IMG/VR virus record: IMGVR_UViG_3300020049_010822
Coordinates: 35,852-99,851 of that record
Length of the DNA stretch: 64,000 nucleotides
From: a virus
Taxonomy: Duplodnaviria > Caudoviricetes
Reading direction: 5' to 3' (one strand)
Made by a program: the position numbers and the translations under genes
The notes under the pieces: generated by a model
What the model was told of the DNA's origin: nothing
The model's input: the letters and a program-made list of their open reading frames with translations, nothing else
Databases searched by the model: none
Part shown: positions 36,100 to 47,162 of the stretch, piece by piece
Layout of the letters: every line of letters starts with the position of its first letter
How positions within the stretch are numbered: the first letter of the stretch is position 1

Positions 36100-37431
36100 T
36101 TAAATAATTGTAAAAGGTTTGTCTATAACGCATCCAGAATCAAGAGTGACTCTACATGTATAGTTACCTGGAGTATCTTCTTCAAAAGTGTATCCAGTCC
36201 CTACTATAGTAAGAACAGAATTTAACCACTGTACAGAAACTACTTCTCGACTACTTATAACTGTAGCTGTAAATAAATTAGTAGTACAATCTACCGGAGT
36301 TGTATCTACAATGCTAACAGCTTGTGGTGGGCGATTAGAAGTCAAAACAATTTCATTAAACTCCGAATTAGTAAAATGTACTGGAAGTGTAATATTTTGA
36401 TTAGCTACTTCTGTAGTTTTAGTTATTCCACAAGGAGTAGATAAATAATTAATACCGTACATGTTTCCAGAATCTCCAAAAAATGTAGGTGTTGCAGTAC
36501 TTTGGTTTGTCACTGTAAATTTAGCTCCATTGAAGTATTCTACTTGAAGATCTTTATGTCTTAGTCCACACCACGTAGAGCTAGGTTTATGTTTAGTTTC
36601 CGATAACATAATAACTCTATCCGCATTTACAGCTTTAGAAGCAAAAAAGGAAATGTTTACAGCTCCGGTTAGATCTCTAATAGCATTGTCTACTACCGTT
36701 TTTATGGCTGTAGTTCAATTAGGAGAGGCTAAAAAAAGATCTGTTGGTGATACTGGAGTACAAGTACCACACGCTAAATAAGGAGAATCTACTGGTGACA
36801 CATTTATATCCCAAAACTGTCCTGGAACGTACTGGCCTATACTATTCGTATAGTATATTCGAATTCTTCTTATATAAGCGTTAACTACTTCAGAATGTCC
36901 ATCAATACCAAATTGAGTAATTGCTTGCATGGAATAGTTAGAACTGGTTACTACCGAAACACCTACCTTAGCTTTTCCAGTACTTATTACAGCATCTCCT
37001 AGCAATTCTAAGTTTTCATTCACTAAAGTATTATTTATATAAGCGTCTTGGTCTATAGAATTAGGCAGTAATACTATATAAGGTTGAGTAGTAGTTAAAA
37101 TCTCTTCAAAAGGAAGTTGATTATTGTAAAGGGAAGGGGTATAAATACTACCACTACCTAAATCTTTTATCGCTATAGCAGCTTGAGATGTGCATGGTAT
37201 TTCCGTATTACAAGTAACTACTAAGCTGGGTTCAACAGCATTTACTAATCTACAGTTATCAGTTTCTCCTAAAGTACAATCACTGGATGCTAATTTATAA
37301 TTTAAAAAGTCTTGTTTTGACTCTTCTAAATTGCATCTTATAGAATATTTTTTACATTGGAAATAACTAAAAATAGAATGTACAAAAGCACATCTAAGAG
37401 CAGCCACATCCGCAGCTTGTAGTTGTATCAT
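36100..37431 (-). CDS. Cys-rich tail/fibre-associated protein (443 aa) with C-terminal Ig-like region; TGA=Trp at 36715-36717
   Basis: Track ORFs 36715..37431 and 36100..36609 join in frame (35 open codons between); PGNYTCRVT Ig-like motif. Confidence 0.7.
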
Positions 37432-37849
37432 TAGAAAGAGAATTAAATAGTGTTAACATTAAAGAACAACTACATGTTTCACAATTTGCTGCTGCTTTAA
37501 TGCCTTCTAGAGCCAATACTTTTTCAATTTGTGTTTTATCAGAATACCAAAGTAAAGTGGAATCTTGACACAAAAGATCGCAAAGAACATAAGCACAGCC
37601 TTGGTCAGTAGCAACGGAATTATCTAGAAGTACAGATGTCAAAGTGATATCATAAACACCTTCTGTAAAGGTTGTTAAGTCTAGATCTCCCGGAGTAAGT
37701 GTGTAGCTAGTAATGTTAGAAAGAAGTACTACTTCTAGAGCAGTTCCTCCATTTACTTTGATAGAAAGAATATTAGAACTATTTGTTATTGAAAAGAGTT
37801 CAGAATTAATTAATATCTCAGTACAATCAGAATTAACAGTTAGAGTCAT
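37394..37849 (-). CDS. tail hub-like protein
   Basis: EGVYDITL and C-terminal CGCGC Cys cluster, as in crAss hub proteins. Confidence 0.55.
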   Translation of the reverse strand: MTLTVNSDCTEILINSELFSITNSSNILSIKVNGGTALEVVLLSNITSYTLTPGDLDLTTFTEGVYDITLTSVLLDNSVATDQGCAYVLCDLLCQDSTLLWYSDKTQIEKVLALEGIKAAANCETCSCSLMLTLFNSLSNDTTTSCGCGCS

Positions 37850-38439
37850 TAGTTTCTATTGTTGAAAGTTGCACGCCCGCCAAGAGCCGTTATAGTAGTA
37901 GTTGCAGTACCAATAGAAGCGGTACAAGTTAATTTCAAATCGTAGTCGCCAGCCAAAGTAGCTCCTGTAACTAATGGAGATTGTTTGTTAACTACTGTTA
38001 CAGTAGACACATCAGCACTAGCAGAAGTAGCCAAAGGTACAGCCTGTATGCTAGCTACATATTCTAAAGTCCCAGCATTATTACGTGAGTATAACACTGT
38101 TCCTACTAAACGAACAGAAAACAATGTGTTTAAGGCGTCTGGAACTGTAACAACAGAAGTAGCCACCTCTGTTCCCCCTAGATACATTTTATAAGTAAAA
38201 GTTTGTATTCCTGTTACATTAGATGTCAAATTACAAATAGCATCTACGGTAGCAAATAATTTTTCCTTGCTTACAAAACCTGTAGTTTCTAACAAAGTGC
38301 GCTCTGTAGTTCCAGGATTAGCAAAAGTTGAATAAGCAACATTTACTAAGGATGATGTTTCATTTTCTAGCGCTTTAATTTTAGACGCTACTTTTTTATC
38401 TTTAAATGGCTTTCCTGTAGTAATATTTATGTTTTGCAT
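37849..38439 (-). CDS. virion structural protein (Thr-rich)
   Basis: 196 aa within the tail cluster. Confidence 0.6.
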   Translation of the reverse strand: MQNINITTGKPFKDKKVASKIKALENETSSLVNVAYSTFANPGTTERTLLETTGFVSKEKLFATVDAICNLTSNVTGIQTFTYKMYLGGTEVATSVVTVPDALNTLFSVRLVGTVLYSRNNAGTLEYVASIQAVPLATSASADVSTVTVVNKQSPLVTGATLAGDYDLKLTCTASIGTATTTITALGGRATFNNRN

Positions 38440-38458
38440 TTTATTTAAGTATTTAATT

Positions 38459-40705
38459 TTATTTCCAAATTGCGTAAGAAGATGTAGAGTGAATATCTAC
38501 TGTCCTTGCTGCTGTTCCTATTGCTTTTTGTATTGATATTCTAGTGCCCATTGCAACTGTTGCACTAGGCATATTTGTATTTATTCGAGCCTTGTATACC
38601 CCATTTATATAAAATAAAGCTTCAGTGCGATCTTTGTTATAAACTATATCTAAAACATACATGGTGTCTGCCGCAACAGCTATACCAGTATCTACCTGTG
38701 TAACTACTCCTGCATTGCTTTTCGAATACGCTGTCCAATTACCCGCATTTAATCCGTGGGTATATCTAAACCCTACAGAGTTATTATTCTCTCCAGAACC
38801 GTTAGGAGTGCTATCAATGCTTGAATAAACACTAAAGTTATCAGTAGCATCTGAAAGTACATCTATAGATAACATTGCGGTATGCTTGGAAAGTGCTTCA
38901 CTAGTTCTAAAAAAATGAGTAGATGTTTTTGAAGGATGAAAATATCCAGAACCTGTGGAAGTAGTTCCTGTAGAACATCTCATTCTACTGCCTGTATTGG
39001 CTGATGCCGCAACTCCTGTGAAAGCAGCTCCTGTACCAGTAGCTAACCAGTTATAATCTCTGGAGTCCGCAAGAGTTATTGATCCTGCAGAAAGATCATA
39101 CACCATAGCCTTTTTACCTATTGGCCATTCTGATTGGGTTGTAATTCTCCATCGAGATGATGTTCCGTCATATCTTATATCAACTGATTGTTTCCCATAT
39201 AGTAAATAAGCAGAAGGCCCATCTACCCTGTTAGCAGCAGTTCCATCTGGGTGTTCCGCTGGAATATACGCTGTATTATCAGATATATTAATTAGCGTTT
39301 TAATATCTCCATCAAATGTAGCAGCAAAAGAAGTAATTGCTCTAATCTCAGTATCAAAATCTAATCGAACAATATTAGCGTCCGCCCATCCAGTAGGATT
39401 ATAATCATCCTGATCTGCTGTGATTTGCGCTGGAGATATGATTTTCGGTCCCCATCTTAATCCAGTAGAAGCCGCAGAGTCAGCAAATATACCTTGTCCG
39501 TTTGTTCCCACAGTAAGTTTAGCTGCTGTATCAGCACCAGTACCTACTGCTAAATCACCTTTAGCATCCCAGATAGCATCAGTAGCTACTGCACCGCCTC
39601 CACCGCCAACGCCTAGTTCAACCCAAGCTCCGTTAGCTCTAACCGTTAGAGCATCAGTAGTTAAGTTATAAAGAACACCGCCATCATTTGGGGTCGCTAT
39701 TGCATTTCTTTCTGTGGTTGTCATACGTGGAACGTACAACAATTTAGTAACAGAAGCTACATCTAACGCTGCATTAGCATCTATAGTAGCTCCATTGGTA
39801 GTTATAATAGTAGATTGATTAATACTAACTCCTCCTGTAGTTTCCATCAATATCTGTCCGGCTCCACCATCAGAGAACATTCTAACACCAGTAGCAGTCA
39901 TCTGAACGCCATATTCAGCAGTTTTATCTTTCATGTAGATGGCTCCAGTGGTATCATCAAATACAAACCCATCTTGACCTCCAAAATATTCAAACTTAAA
40001 AGATCCTGCGGTTTGCAGTGTTGCTGCTACGTTACCTGGAATTGTACCTGATCCGCCATATATACCTGCAGCTGCCGTGGTTTGGAATGTTGGAGCATTT
40101 CCAGTGCCGTTGGACGTTAAAACCTGACCAGAAGTACCTGTAGTCACTACTGCAGGCGCACCGCCGGTTGCCCATGTTATAAGTTGTCCTGCAGTTCCGT
40201 TTGCTAAATCAGATACGGCTACTTTAGAGAAACTCAATAAACTACCTCCATCAGAGTGTAGTACACCAGCCGCATCTACGTTTGGTAAGATAAAACTAAC
40301 GTTACCTGCTAGGGCTCCAGAAACAAATTCAACATAGTTAGTACCACTTCCAGAAGGCTCATAAAATCTAAGAGATGAAGCAGCTGTGCCACCACCGATA
40401 TATACTTGTCCTCCATTTGGGTTTAGTATAATATCACCTCTAGTCGCATTTGAAGTACTAGATAAGATCAAGTCATCTCCAGCACCAGTACCACCGATTA
40501 AAGTTTGTCCACCAACTCTTCCTACTAATAATGGATATTGAGTATGGTCGTCATCTGTTAGTCCTGTTAAGGCCCCATGATCGGTTACTCCAGTAACTGG
40601 TGTTACTGGTTTATAAACACCTAGACCATTGTCCCATGTAATTACTTGTCCATCCGTCGCACCATCTTGGATAAACTGATTTAATTTTACTTTTGATTGT
40701 GCCAT
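38459..40705 (-). CDS. tail fibre protein 3
   Basis: G/T/A-rich fibre motifs (DHGALTGLTDDDH, GQVLTSNG, PRMTTTERNAI, AKGDLAVG). Confidence 0.75.
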   Translation of the reverse strand: MAQSKVKLNQFIQDGATDGQVITWDNGLGVYKPVTPVTGVTDHGALTGLTDDDHTQYPLLVGRVGGQTLIGGTGAGDDLILSSTSNATRGDIILNPNGGQVYIGGGTAASSLRFYEPSGSGTNYVEFVSGALAGNVSFILPNVDAAGVLHSDGGSLLSFSKVAVSDLANGTAGQLITWATGGAPAVVTTGTSGQVLTSNGTGNAPTFQTTAAAGIYGGSGTIPGNVAATLQTAGSFKFEYFGGQDGFVFDDTTGAIYMKDKTAEYGVQMTATGVRMFSDGGAGQILMETTGGVSINQSTIITTNGATIDANAALDVASVTKLLYVPRMTTTERNAIATPNDGGVLYNLTTDALTVRANGAWVELGVGGGGGAVATDAIWDAKGDLAVGTGADTAAKLTVGTNGQGIFADSAASTGLRWGPKIISPAQITADQDDYNPTGWADANIVRLDFDTEIRAITSFAATFDGDIKTLINISDNTAYIPAEHPDGTAANRVDGPSAYLLYGKQSVDIRYDGTSSRWRITTQSEWPIGKKAMVYDLSAGSITLADSRDYNWLATGTGAAFTGVAASANTGSRMRCSTGTTSTGSGYFHPSKTSTHFFRTSEALSKHTAMLSIDVLSDATDNFSVYSSIDSTPNGSGENNNSVGFRYTHGLNAGNWTAYSKSNAGVVTQVDTGIAVAADTMYVLDIVYNKDRTEALFYINGVYKARINTNMPSATVAMGTRISIQKAIGTAARTVDIHSTSSYAIWK

Positions 40706-40711
40706 ATATAA

Positions 40712-40748
40712 ATTGTGGGGGAAGATTCTACTCCTCCCCCTTTATTTT
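40712..40748 (-). terminator. hairpin, possible terminator or processing site
   Basis: GGGGGAGGA...TCTTCCCCC inverted repeat between fibre genes. Confidence 0.45.
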
Positions 40749-43103
40749 TTAAACTATTTTATAAACCATTAAACTTTCATCTGAAGTCATAGCATAAGCT
40801 AAGACTAACACCCCTGTTCCAGTATTAAGAGTGTAATCTCTTGATACAGTACCAGATTGAGAAAGAGTGACACCATTACGAACTACGAAGATCTTATCTG
40901 CAGAAATACCAGAAGTGGTAAATGTAACGTTAGTTCCGTCAATATCTGTAACAGCAGTACCTGAATCTAAGTCAAACGTATCTGTAGTAGCACCTGTTTT
41001 ATAAGCTCTAGTTACAGTTACTCCACCAGCAGCAGCTTGATAAGTAGGAGCTGCTCCAGCACCGTTAGATGTTAATACATGGCCAGCGGTTGAGCCAGCA
41101 GCAAGTCTTTCCAAGTTACCACCAGAACCTCTAACTAACAAGTCACCTTGTGCATCAGATCCTAAATCAAATCTTACTTTACCAGCAGTTGTCCAAAGAG
41201 CGTAGTGAGCAGCAGAAGCTGTAATCTCTAAACCTCTAAAATCAGCAGCAGCCGTAAGAGTTGGATGAATCCACAAACCTCTAGTAATACCGTTAGCACC
41301 ACCAGTTTGGTTAACTGTAGCATTTATATCAGCAAAGGTGTACGTACCAGTACCACTGGTTGGACTAAATGCTCCGGTAATACCAAGATTTATACCAGAG
41401 CTAGAGGTAAACATTCTAGTTGCGTCAACAATTAAGTTAGTTGCTGTATTAGAAGTGCCTCCAGATTGCATAATTACACTTGAAGCTCCAGCGATAGTAA
41501 TGTTATTACCAGTACCAGCTACAATAGAAGTTCTATCAATAATCAATGGAGTTGTTGCCCCAATTTGTAAAGTACCATCATCTGCAACTCTATACACTTG
41601 TGCAGCAGAAGAGTTATTATGCTGGTAACCATATGTTCCACTACCAGTACCGGTACCTTGAGTAGTAAACACCGCATTAGTAGCTGGTGTCGCTGTTCCT
41701 ACTGCAAGTTGTGTACCATTGAAATGAAAGTTTGTCGTCGAGGTTAAAGAGTCTGTATCTGACCAGTAAGCCACTTTGTTTGCTGCCCCTGATCCATCTA
41801 CACCCGATCCAGCAGCTCTCCACTTAGACCAAGTGATTGCTGTTGTTCCTAACGTACCTCCAGCATTTGAAGTACACAACCACACCGTATCAGCGTTAGC
41901 AGTTCCTTCTTCAACAGCTACAAAAGCTCCGGGAACTTCTACCCAAGCGTCCATATCAGTAGCCCGCACAGGAGCGCCAGTAGCCTGTACAGTATATATA
42001 CCGTTCTCTGCCGGAGCAGCTTGATTCTTAATTAAGATCCGATCATTAGTCGCAAGTACAATACCATCAACCGTGTCTCCATTTTCAAATGATGTAGCCA
42101 ATGTACCTGCTGCATCGGTAGCAACACGAACAGAAGCTTTACCATCCATTCCAGTAATATAGGTTTTTAATACACCTAAATTTACAGCATGTGAATCTAA
42201 AGAAGCCGTACCATTTAATATAACATTATTAGAAAATGTTTTATCTCCACCAACAGTCTGATTAGTTGATAAATCTACAAAGTTTTGAGTAGATGAGCCT
42301 GTACCGCCATTTGCAATTGGAAGTATCCCAGAAACGTGAGTAGTTAGTCCAATTTTACCATAACTAGGAGCTACGCCGACACCGCCTGAAATAAGTGCAT
42401 TACCAGTAGCAACGTCAGCTAATTTAGATAATGCTGTAGTAGTAGACGCATAAAGAATATCACCTACTGCATAAGAAGATTGGCCAGTACCACCATTAAT
42501 TGCTGGAAGTACGCCAGTTACAGCATCAGTATCAGCTAGATCTAGGGCTCCCCAAGCATATGTGGATGCTCCAGTTACTCTAAGAACTTGTCCTACAGTA
42601 GAAGAGTTTGTGATAGCTGTAACAGCAGATGTACCATTACCTTGAAGTAATCCAGTTAAGGTAATAGCTCCAGTACCACCATTAGCGACAGGAAGAGTTC
42701 CTGTTACAACAGTAGCTAAGTTAATATTACCAGCTGTTGCTAGTGTATTTAAAAAAGTATTCATGGTTACAGAAGTAACACCTGCACCAGCGTCTGCTGC
42801 AGTGATACCTGAACCAATAAAGTTTATAGTTGTATTTGATGCTCCAACAGTAGAACCTTCTTCTTGAACAGTTGCGTATCCGCCAGCACCTGCAGTAGCA
42901 TTAAGCGTAGTACCCGAAATGGATAAATTTGTACCTAATGTAAGGTATGCGATAGCTGTAGCAGAATCATCATAAAATGGAATTTTATCTGATCCTGTAG
43001 CTGGAGCATTTATAACGAAAACGTTTGACGCATCCGAGGTTATTAATGAACCAGGAGTAGTCGAGTTAACGAATTGATTTTGTTTAATTTTAGTTTGTGC
43101 CAT
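40749..43103 (-). CDS. tail fibre protein 2
   Basis: Repeated GTLPVANGGTG-like motifs; KASVRVAT...DRILIKNQAAPAENGIY fibre motif. Confidence 0.8.
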   Translation of the reverse strand: MAQTKIKQNQFVNSTTPGSLITSDASNVFVINAPATGSDKIPFYDDSATAIAYLTLGTNLSISGTTLNATAGAGGYATVQEEGSTVGASNTTINFIGSGITAADAGAGVTSVTMNTFLNTLATAGNINLATVVTGTLPVANGGTGAITLTGLLQGNGTSAVTAITNSSTVGQVLRVTGASTYAWGALDLADTDAVTGVLPAINGGTGQSSYAVGDILYASTTTALSKLADVATGNALISGGVGVAPSYGKIGLTTHVSGILPIANGGTGSSTQNFVDLSTNQTVGGDKTFSNNVILNGTASLDSHAVNLGVLKTYITGMDGKASVRVATDAAGTLATSFENGDTVDGIVLATNDRILIKNQAAPAENGIYTVQATGAPVRATDMDAWVEVPGAFVAVEEGTANADTVWLCTSNAGGTLGTTAITWSKWRAAGSGVDGSGAANKVAYWSDTDSLTSTTNFHFNGTQLAVGTATPATNAVFTTQGTGTGSGTYGYQHNNSSAAQVYRVADDGTLQIGATTPLIIDRTSIVAGTGNNITIAGASSVIMQSGGTSNTATNLIVDATRMFTSSSGINLGITGAFSPTSGTGTYTFADINATVNQTGGANGITRGLWIHPTLTAAADFRGLEITASAAHYALWTTAGKVRFDLGSDAQGDLLVRGSGGNLERLAAGSTAGHVLTSNGAGAAPTYQAAAGGVTVTRAYKTGATTDTFDLDSGTAVTDIDGTNVTFTTSGISADKIFVVRNGVTLSQSGTVSRDYTLNTGTGVLVLAYAMTSDESLMVYKIV

Positions 43104-45442
43104 TATATATAATATATTGCAGTTATTTTATCAGCAGGAACCAGTGCCATTACCATTGTAACAGATGTCCCAACTATTGAATAGTCATCAGTATCGTCTA
43201 AGTATTGCCCATTACGGAATATTAGAATTTGCATGTCAGCTAAAGGAGTAACAGCTAAGTTAAATCCTGTGCCAGTAATCCCAGAAATCTTTTCTTTAAG
43301 AGGGGTTCCTGAAACCCAAGATCCACCGGAATAAACTAGGATGTCTCCATTAGTACCTCCGGGTAAAGATCCTGCTGTGGTTGTCCATACAGGAATAGTT
43401 CCATTAGATCCTAATACTTCCATAGAAGTTCCTACAGGTAATCTCTCCCAATCTCCAGAAGCATTTCTATAAATAATATCTCCAGTAGCATTCGTAGGAA
43501 AATCTACCCTTACTTTACCTGAGTTTATATATAGTGCGTGTTCTGTTGATGGAGCGTCTAATTCAAGTGCTCGATAATTATTAACTGTTGTAATAACAGG
43601 TTTAATATGAACAGATCTAATTATACCAGTGTGAAGACCTTGATCTATATGAGTATCAATTAAGAGATCTGTATAAGTATTTGTACCGCCAGTTGCTACA
43701 TTTACATTACCTTGAATTTGCGCATTATACATCGCACCTACGTTAGTAGAGCGAGTAGCAACGGATTTAAAAGATGGTGTATTAGTAGCTGTACCACCAG
43801 CTTCTACTATAACAGTTGAATCAGAATTTAGATACAAATCTCCACCTGATACTTGGATGGGATATGTTCCTCCAGTAGATATGTTGAATGAATCTGGATG
43901 TATATATACCTCTTGAAGTGCTCCTATAGTTATAGCTCCATTATCAGCAACTTTAAACACTTCTGTACCAGCTGAACTCTGATGAACATAACCATATGTA
44001 GAGAGAGTTGTACCTGTTCCTTTAGATGTAATACGGGATATAGAACCAGCAGATGGATTTCCTACAGAGAGGTAAGTCCCGTCAAAAATCAAGTTTGTGT
44101 TGTAGGTCAACGTATCTGCATCAATCCAATAAGCTACTCTGTTAGTATCCCCGGAACCATCTATTGGGGAAGCAGTAGAGTTTATTGTTAATGTGTTAGC
44201 TACATCATTATACGTTAAACTTATATTTGTACCTGCAACGAGAAGAGAACTAACTCTATCATCTACTGCTTCAGAAAAGTTAGAAACAGAAGAAGAAGGT
44301 ATACTTATTGTTGTTGAATTAGCCGCTGTTAATCTTCCCTTTGAATCTACAGTAAAAGTAGCCACTGCAGTAGGAGAACCATATGAAGAAGCGATAACGC
44401 CTGTATCTGTAAGATCAGCAGTAATTATAGGGGCTGTAGTAGGATTAGTTACAGTAAAATCTATATTTAAAGAGTCGGTAGCAGTAACCGAAGATACTCC
44501 GGTAAGAGCTGCGGCATCTAACCATCCTTTTATACCCGAACCGTCCGTACCGTAAAATTTATTATTACCAGGAGTAACGTTATCATTATTTAATCTGATA
44601 GTACCTGCAGCAACTACCAAAGATCCACCAACAGCTAGAGACTCTATTTCTCCTGTGCCTATTCCTCTACCTAAAACAGTAGTGGTAGTAGCTGCAGTTA
44701 TTTTATTGTAAGCCGTTTGGGGTAAGTGATAATATTGAGAAACTGTTCCTCCTTGAAGTCCAGTTAAATTATTATGAACTTGTGTGGGAGGTGTATATGT
44801 AGCTGGAGCCCAAGCTGTACCATTAAAAGTTAATATTTGATTTGTGCTTGCTCCAGTAATTGAAAGTTGAGAGTACCCTAATGTTCCTCCTAGAGAAGAA
44901 AGTAGTACTAACGATGGATTGAAGGTTAAAGTAGTCCCGGAACCTATAATAGCTCCAGTTCCATTTGTAATTGTAATTGGGGTACTAGCAGAAACTAAAT
45001 TTCCAGTAGACAAAATTGGTATACTACCTAAGGATGTTTCAAGTGCTTGAAGAGCCGCTTTTATTGTAAGATTGTCTGCAATTATTGTGCCAGTAAAAGT
45101 GCCTAGATTAGTAGAAGCAGCAGCTACTCCGGAAAGAGTAACTAATGAGTTAAGGGCAATTTTATCTGCAGCAGACATGACACCAGCTAAAGAAATGGTG
45201 GCAGCTGGAATATTGGCATCTGTTCCTGTTGAAGAAAGAATATCAACGCTAGTTAAATTCAATGTTCTGCTAAGATCCGTAGGGGATGAAGAAGATCCTC
45301 CCGAAATTAGTTCTATAGCTTCTGCGAGGTTGACGCTATCATTATACAGCTGAATCCCTTTAGAGGCATCTTTTAAATTGTTAGGTTTATTATATACATT
45401 TATAGGTATATTAACCTTTCTTATTTGTTCTAAAGTCAGCAT
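43103..45442 (-). CDS. tail fibre protein 1
   Basis: HNNLTGLQGG, AGVMSAADK, TVDSKGRLTAA fibre motifs; C-terminal half paralogous to fibre 2. Confidence 0.8.
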   Translation of the reverse strand: MLTLEQIRKVNIPINVYNKPNNLKDASKGIQLYNDSVNLAEAIELISGGSSSSPTDLSRTLNLTSVDILSSTGTDANIPAATISLAGVMSAADKIALNSLVTLSGVAAASTNLGTFTGTIIADNLTIKAALQALETSLGSIPILSTGNLVSASTPITITNGTGAIIGSGTTLTFNPSLVLLSSLGGTLGYSQLSITGASTNQILTFNGTAWAPATYTPPTQVHNNLTGLQGGTVSQYYHLPQTAYNKITAATTTTVLGRGIGTGEIESLAVGGSLVVAAGTIRLNNDNVTPGNNKFYGTDGSGIKGWLDAAALTGVSSVTATDSLNIDFTVTNPTTAPIITADLTDTGVIASSYGSPTAVATFTVDSKGRLTAANSTTISIPSSSVSNFSEAVDDRVSSLLVAGTNISLTYNDVANTLTINSTASPIDGSGDTNRVAYWIDADTLTYNTNLIFDGTYLSVGNPSAGSISRITSKGTGTTLSTYGYVHQSSAGTEVFKVADNGAITIGALQEVYIHPDSFNISTGGTYPIQVSGGDLYLNSDSTVIVEAGGTATNTPSFKSVATRSTNVGAMYNAQIQGNVNVATGGTNTYTDLLIDTHIDQGLHTGIIRSVHIKPVITTVNNYRALELDAPSTEHALYINSGKVRVDFPTNATGDIIYRNASGDWERLPVGTSMEVLGSNGTIPVWTTTAGSLPGGTNGDILVYSGGSWVSGTPLKEKISGITGTGFNLAVTPLADMQILIFRNGQYLDDTDDYSIVGTSVTMVMALVPADKITAIYYI

Positions 45443-45451
45443 AATTAGAGA

Positions 45452-45721
45452 TTACTTTGCCACTCAGCCAGTGTTACCAGTGCCAGATTCTTTTACATAA
45501 AATGAAGTGCCTGTACCCCCATCTGTTCTTGAGTAGAAAGATCCTATTGGAGCAGTCACTGCTCCTTCTGGACTTCCTGCTCCTGAAAACATAAATGGGT
45601 TAGCTACGACACGTAGGGGATTTTTTCTTGTACCATCACCATAAAGAGTGGTATCGTGAAACACTTTGGTTAAGAAGGATGGATCTGGCCAAAGTGGAGT
45701 AGGGACGTTGTTAAAAGTCAT
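45452..45721 (-). CDS. small fibre/spike-associated protein (89 aa); TGA=Trp at 45464-45466
   Basis: GSPEGAVTAPIGSFYSRTDGG...YVKESGTGNTG[TGA]VAK-TAA matches the common phage module ending GNTGW. Confidence 0.8.
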
Positions 45722-45730
45722 AACAAGTAG

Positions 45731-45770
45731 AAAAAAGAAAGGGGAGCCAAGAATTTATATCCGGCTCCCC
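45731..45770 (-). terminator. intrinsic terminator
   Basis: GGGGAGCC...GGCTCCCC followed by TTTCTTTTTT. Confidence 0.85.
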
Positions 45771-45776
45771 CTAGGG

Positions 45777-47150
45777 TTATACTATTGTCGCGATTAGCGG
45801 ATTACCAGTAGTAGGCAACCACGTATTTAGCGCAGTATCAAATAATGCGATAAGCGGATTGGTAGTAGTTCCAGTAGAGTACCTAGGAATTAAAACAATC
45901 TCACGTTTTGGAGAATAAGACAATGTAGTTGGATCAGGTTGGTTGGTAGTTCCATGCAATATGTTATAAGTAACATACTGTTGACCATCAACAACCGGTG
46001 AAGGGAAATTGATGATTGGGTCTTCAACGTGACGCTGATTGTATTTACGTTGTCCTTGAGTAGCTTGATACCAAAGATCAAGCGGGCGAGAGTATCCTTG
46101 ACCTTCATCAGCTCCAACACGCTCTACATTAGATACAGTTGAGTAATCAAAACCTGAAGGCAACCCTACAAACAAACGATTTTTTACTTCTGGAATACGA
46201 TCGATGTAAGCAATTTTAGAATCTAAGGCCATAATGAAAAGACCAGTAGCAGTACCGCCAGTAGCAGTTCCAGCATTAGCCAAGTCAATGGTGAATAGAT
46301 GTGTAAAACCAGAAGCAGCTCCAGCAGCTACAATAGAAGCCAACATTTCTGCGGTTATTGTGATGCTACGAAGAACGCCTTTGTAATTAAATACAGCGAA
46401 AGAATCACCAGCAGCAATTCCAGAAATCGCAGTACCGGCAGCAGCGCCACCAGGACCAGAAAGAGCGATACCTACGGCAAAAGCTACAACTGGATCAGTA
46501 CCAGTAAAGCGATTGGTTTGTAAGAAAGCGTTGGAATTACGATTGATTTCATAACCGAATTGAGTTACTATGTAATCTCTAGCAAGAAGATTAGTCATAC
46601 CCAAATCAGTGAAATTAGGTGTAGTTTTAGAAAGCGGTAGATTTGCAGTTTGACGTCCAGTAGACATAAACTCATCGTACCGGCGAGAAGAGAAACCGAT
46701 GTTAAGACGATATTCAGTCTCATCAAGTACGTTTATCTCTCCAGTAGTTGAAGAAGAAGGAACACCAATGCTCCAAACGTTATGAGAGGCAAGACGGAAA
46801 GGCTGCTTAGTAACAAGAATATTATTATTCCTGCCATCTATATCCTGAGTCTTCTCGAAAGGACGGACCCACAGCGGATAAGTAGCAGTGGACCCGGCAA
46901 CATTAGCTGAACTTGAAGTTCCTTGGTAAATTGAGATTACAGCATTTTCAGCCAAGGTAGGAGTAGCATCCATGAAAGTAAGAGGAGCTACAGTACCAAA
47001 GTGAGAAGCAGAAGCAATACCCAATTGACCGTTGGCCAAGTTCACATTACCTGTAGCAGAGTCAGAGACAGTGCCAGAGGTTGGCATGGCACTTTGGCCA
47101 GCGATAGCCACGACGAAAGATTCGACGGGGCGCTTAGTATTCGAAATCAT
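45777..47150 (-). CDS. abundant virion protein, probable auxiliary capsid protein
   Basis: 457 aa, downstream of MCP and ring gene, followed by a terminator. Confidence 0.55.
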   Translation of the reverse strand: MISNTKRPVESFVVAIAGQSAMPTSGTVSDSATGNVNLANGQLGIASASHFGTVAPLTFMDATPTLAENAVISIYQGTSSSANVAGSTATYPLWVRPFEKTQDIDGRNNNILVTKQPFRLASHNVWSIGVPSSSTTGEINVLDETEYRLNIGFSSRRYDEFMSTGRQTANLPLSKTTPNFTDLGMTNLLARDYIVTQFGYEINRNSNAFLQTNRFTGTDPVVAFAVGIALSGPGGAAAGTAISGIAAGDSFAVFNYKGVLRSITITAEMLASIVAAGAASGFTHLFTIDLANAGTATGGTATGLFIMALDSKIAYIDRIPEVKNRLFVGLPSGFDYSTVSNVERVGADEGQGYSRPLDLWYQATQGQRKYNQRHVEDPIINFPSPVVDGQQYVTYNILHGTTNQPDPTTLSYSPKREIVLIPRYSTGTTTNPLIALFDTALNTWLPTTGNPLIATIV

Positions 47151-47162
47151 TTTGTATAATTG

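Noticed and set aside
38459-45721. Diversity-generating retroelement or invertible fibre cassette
   Set aside because: No reverse transcriptase or recombinase, and no near-identical adenine-variant repeat pair seen; fibre similarity is diverged and protein-level
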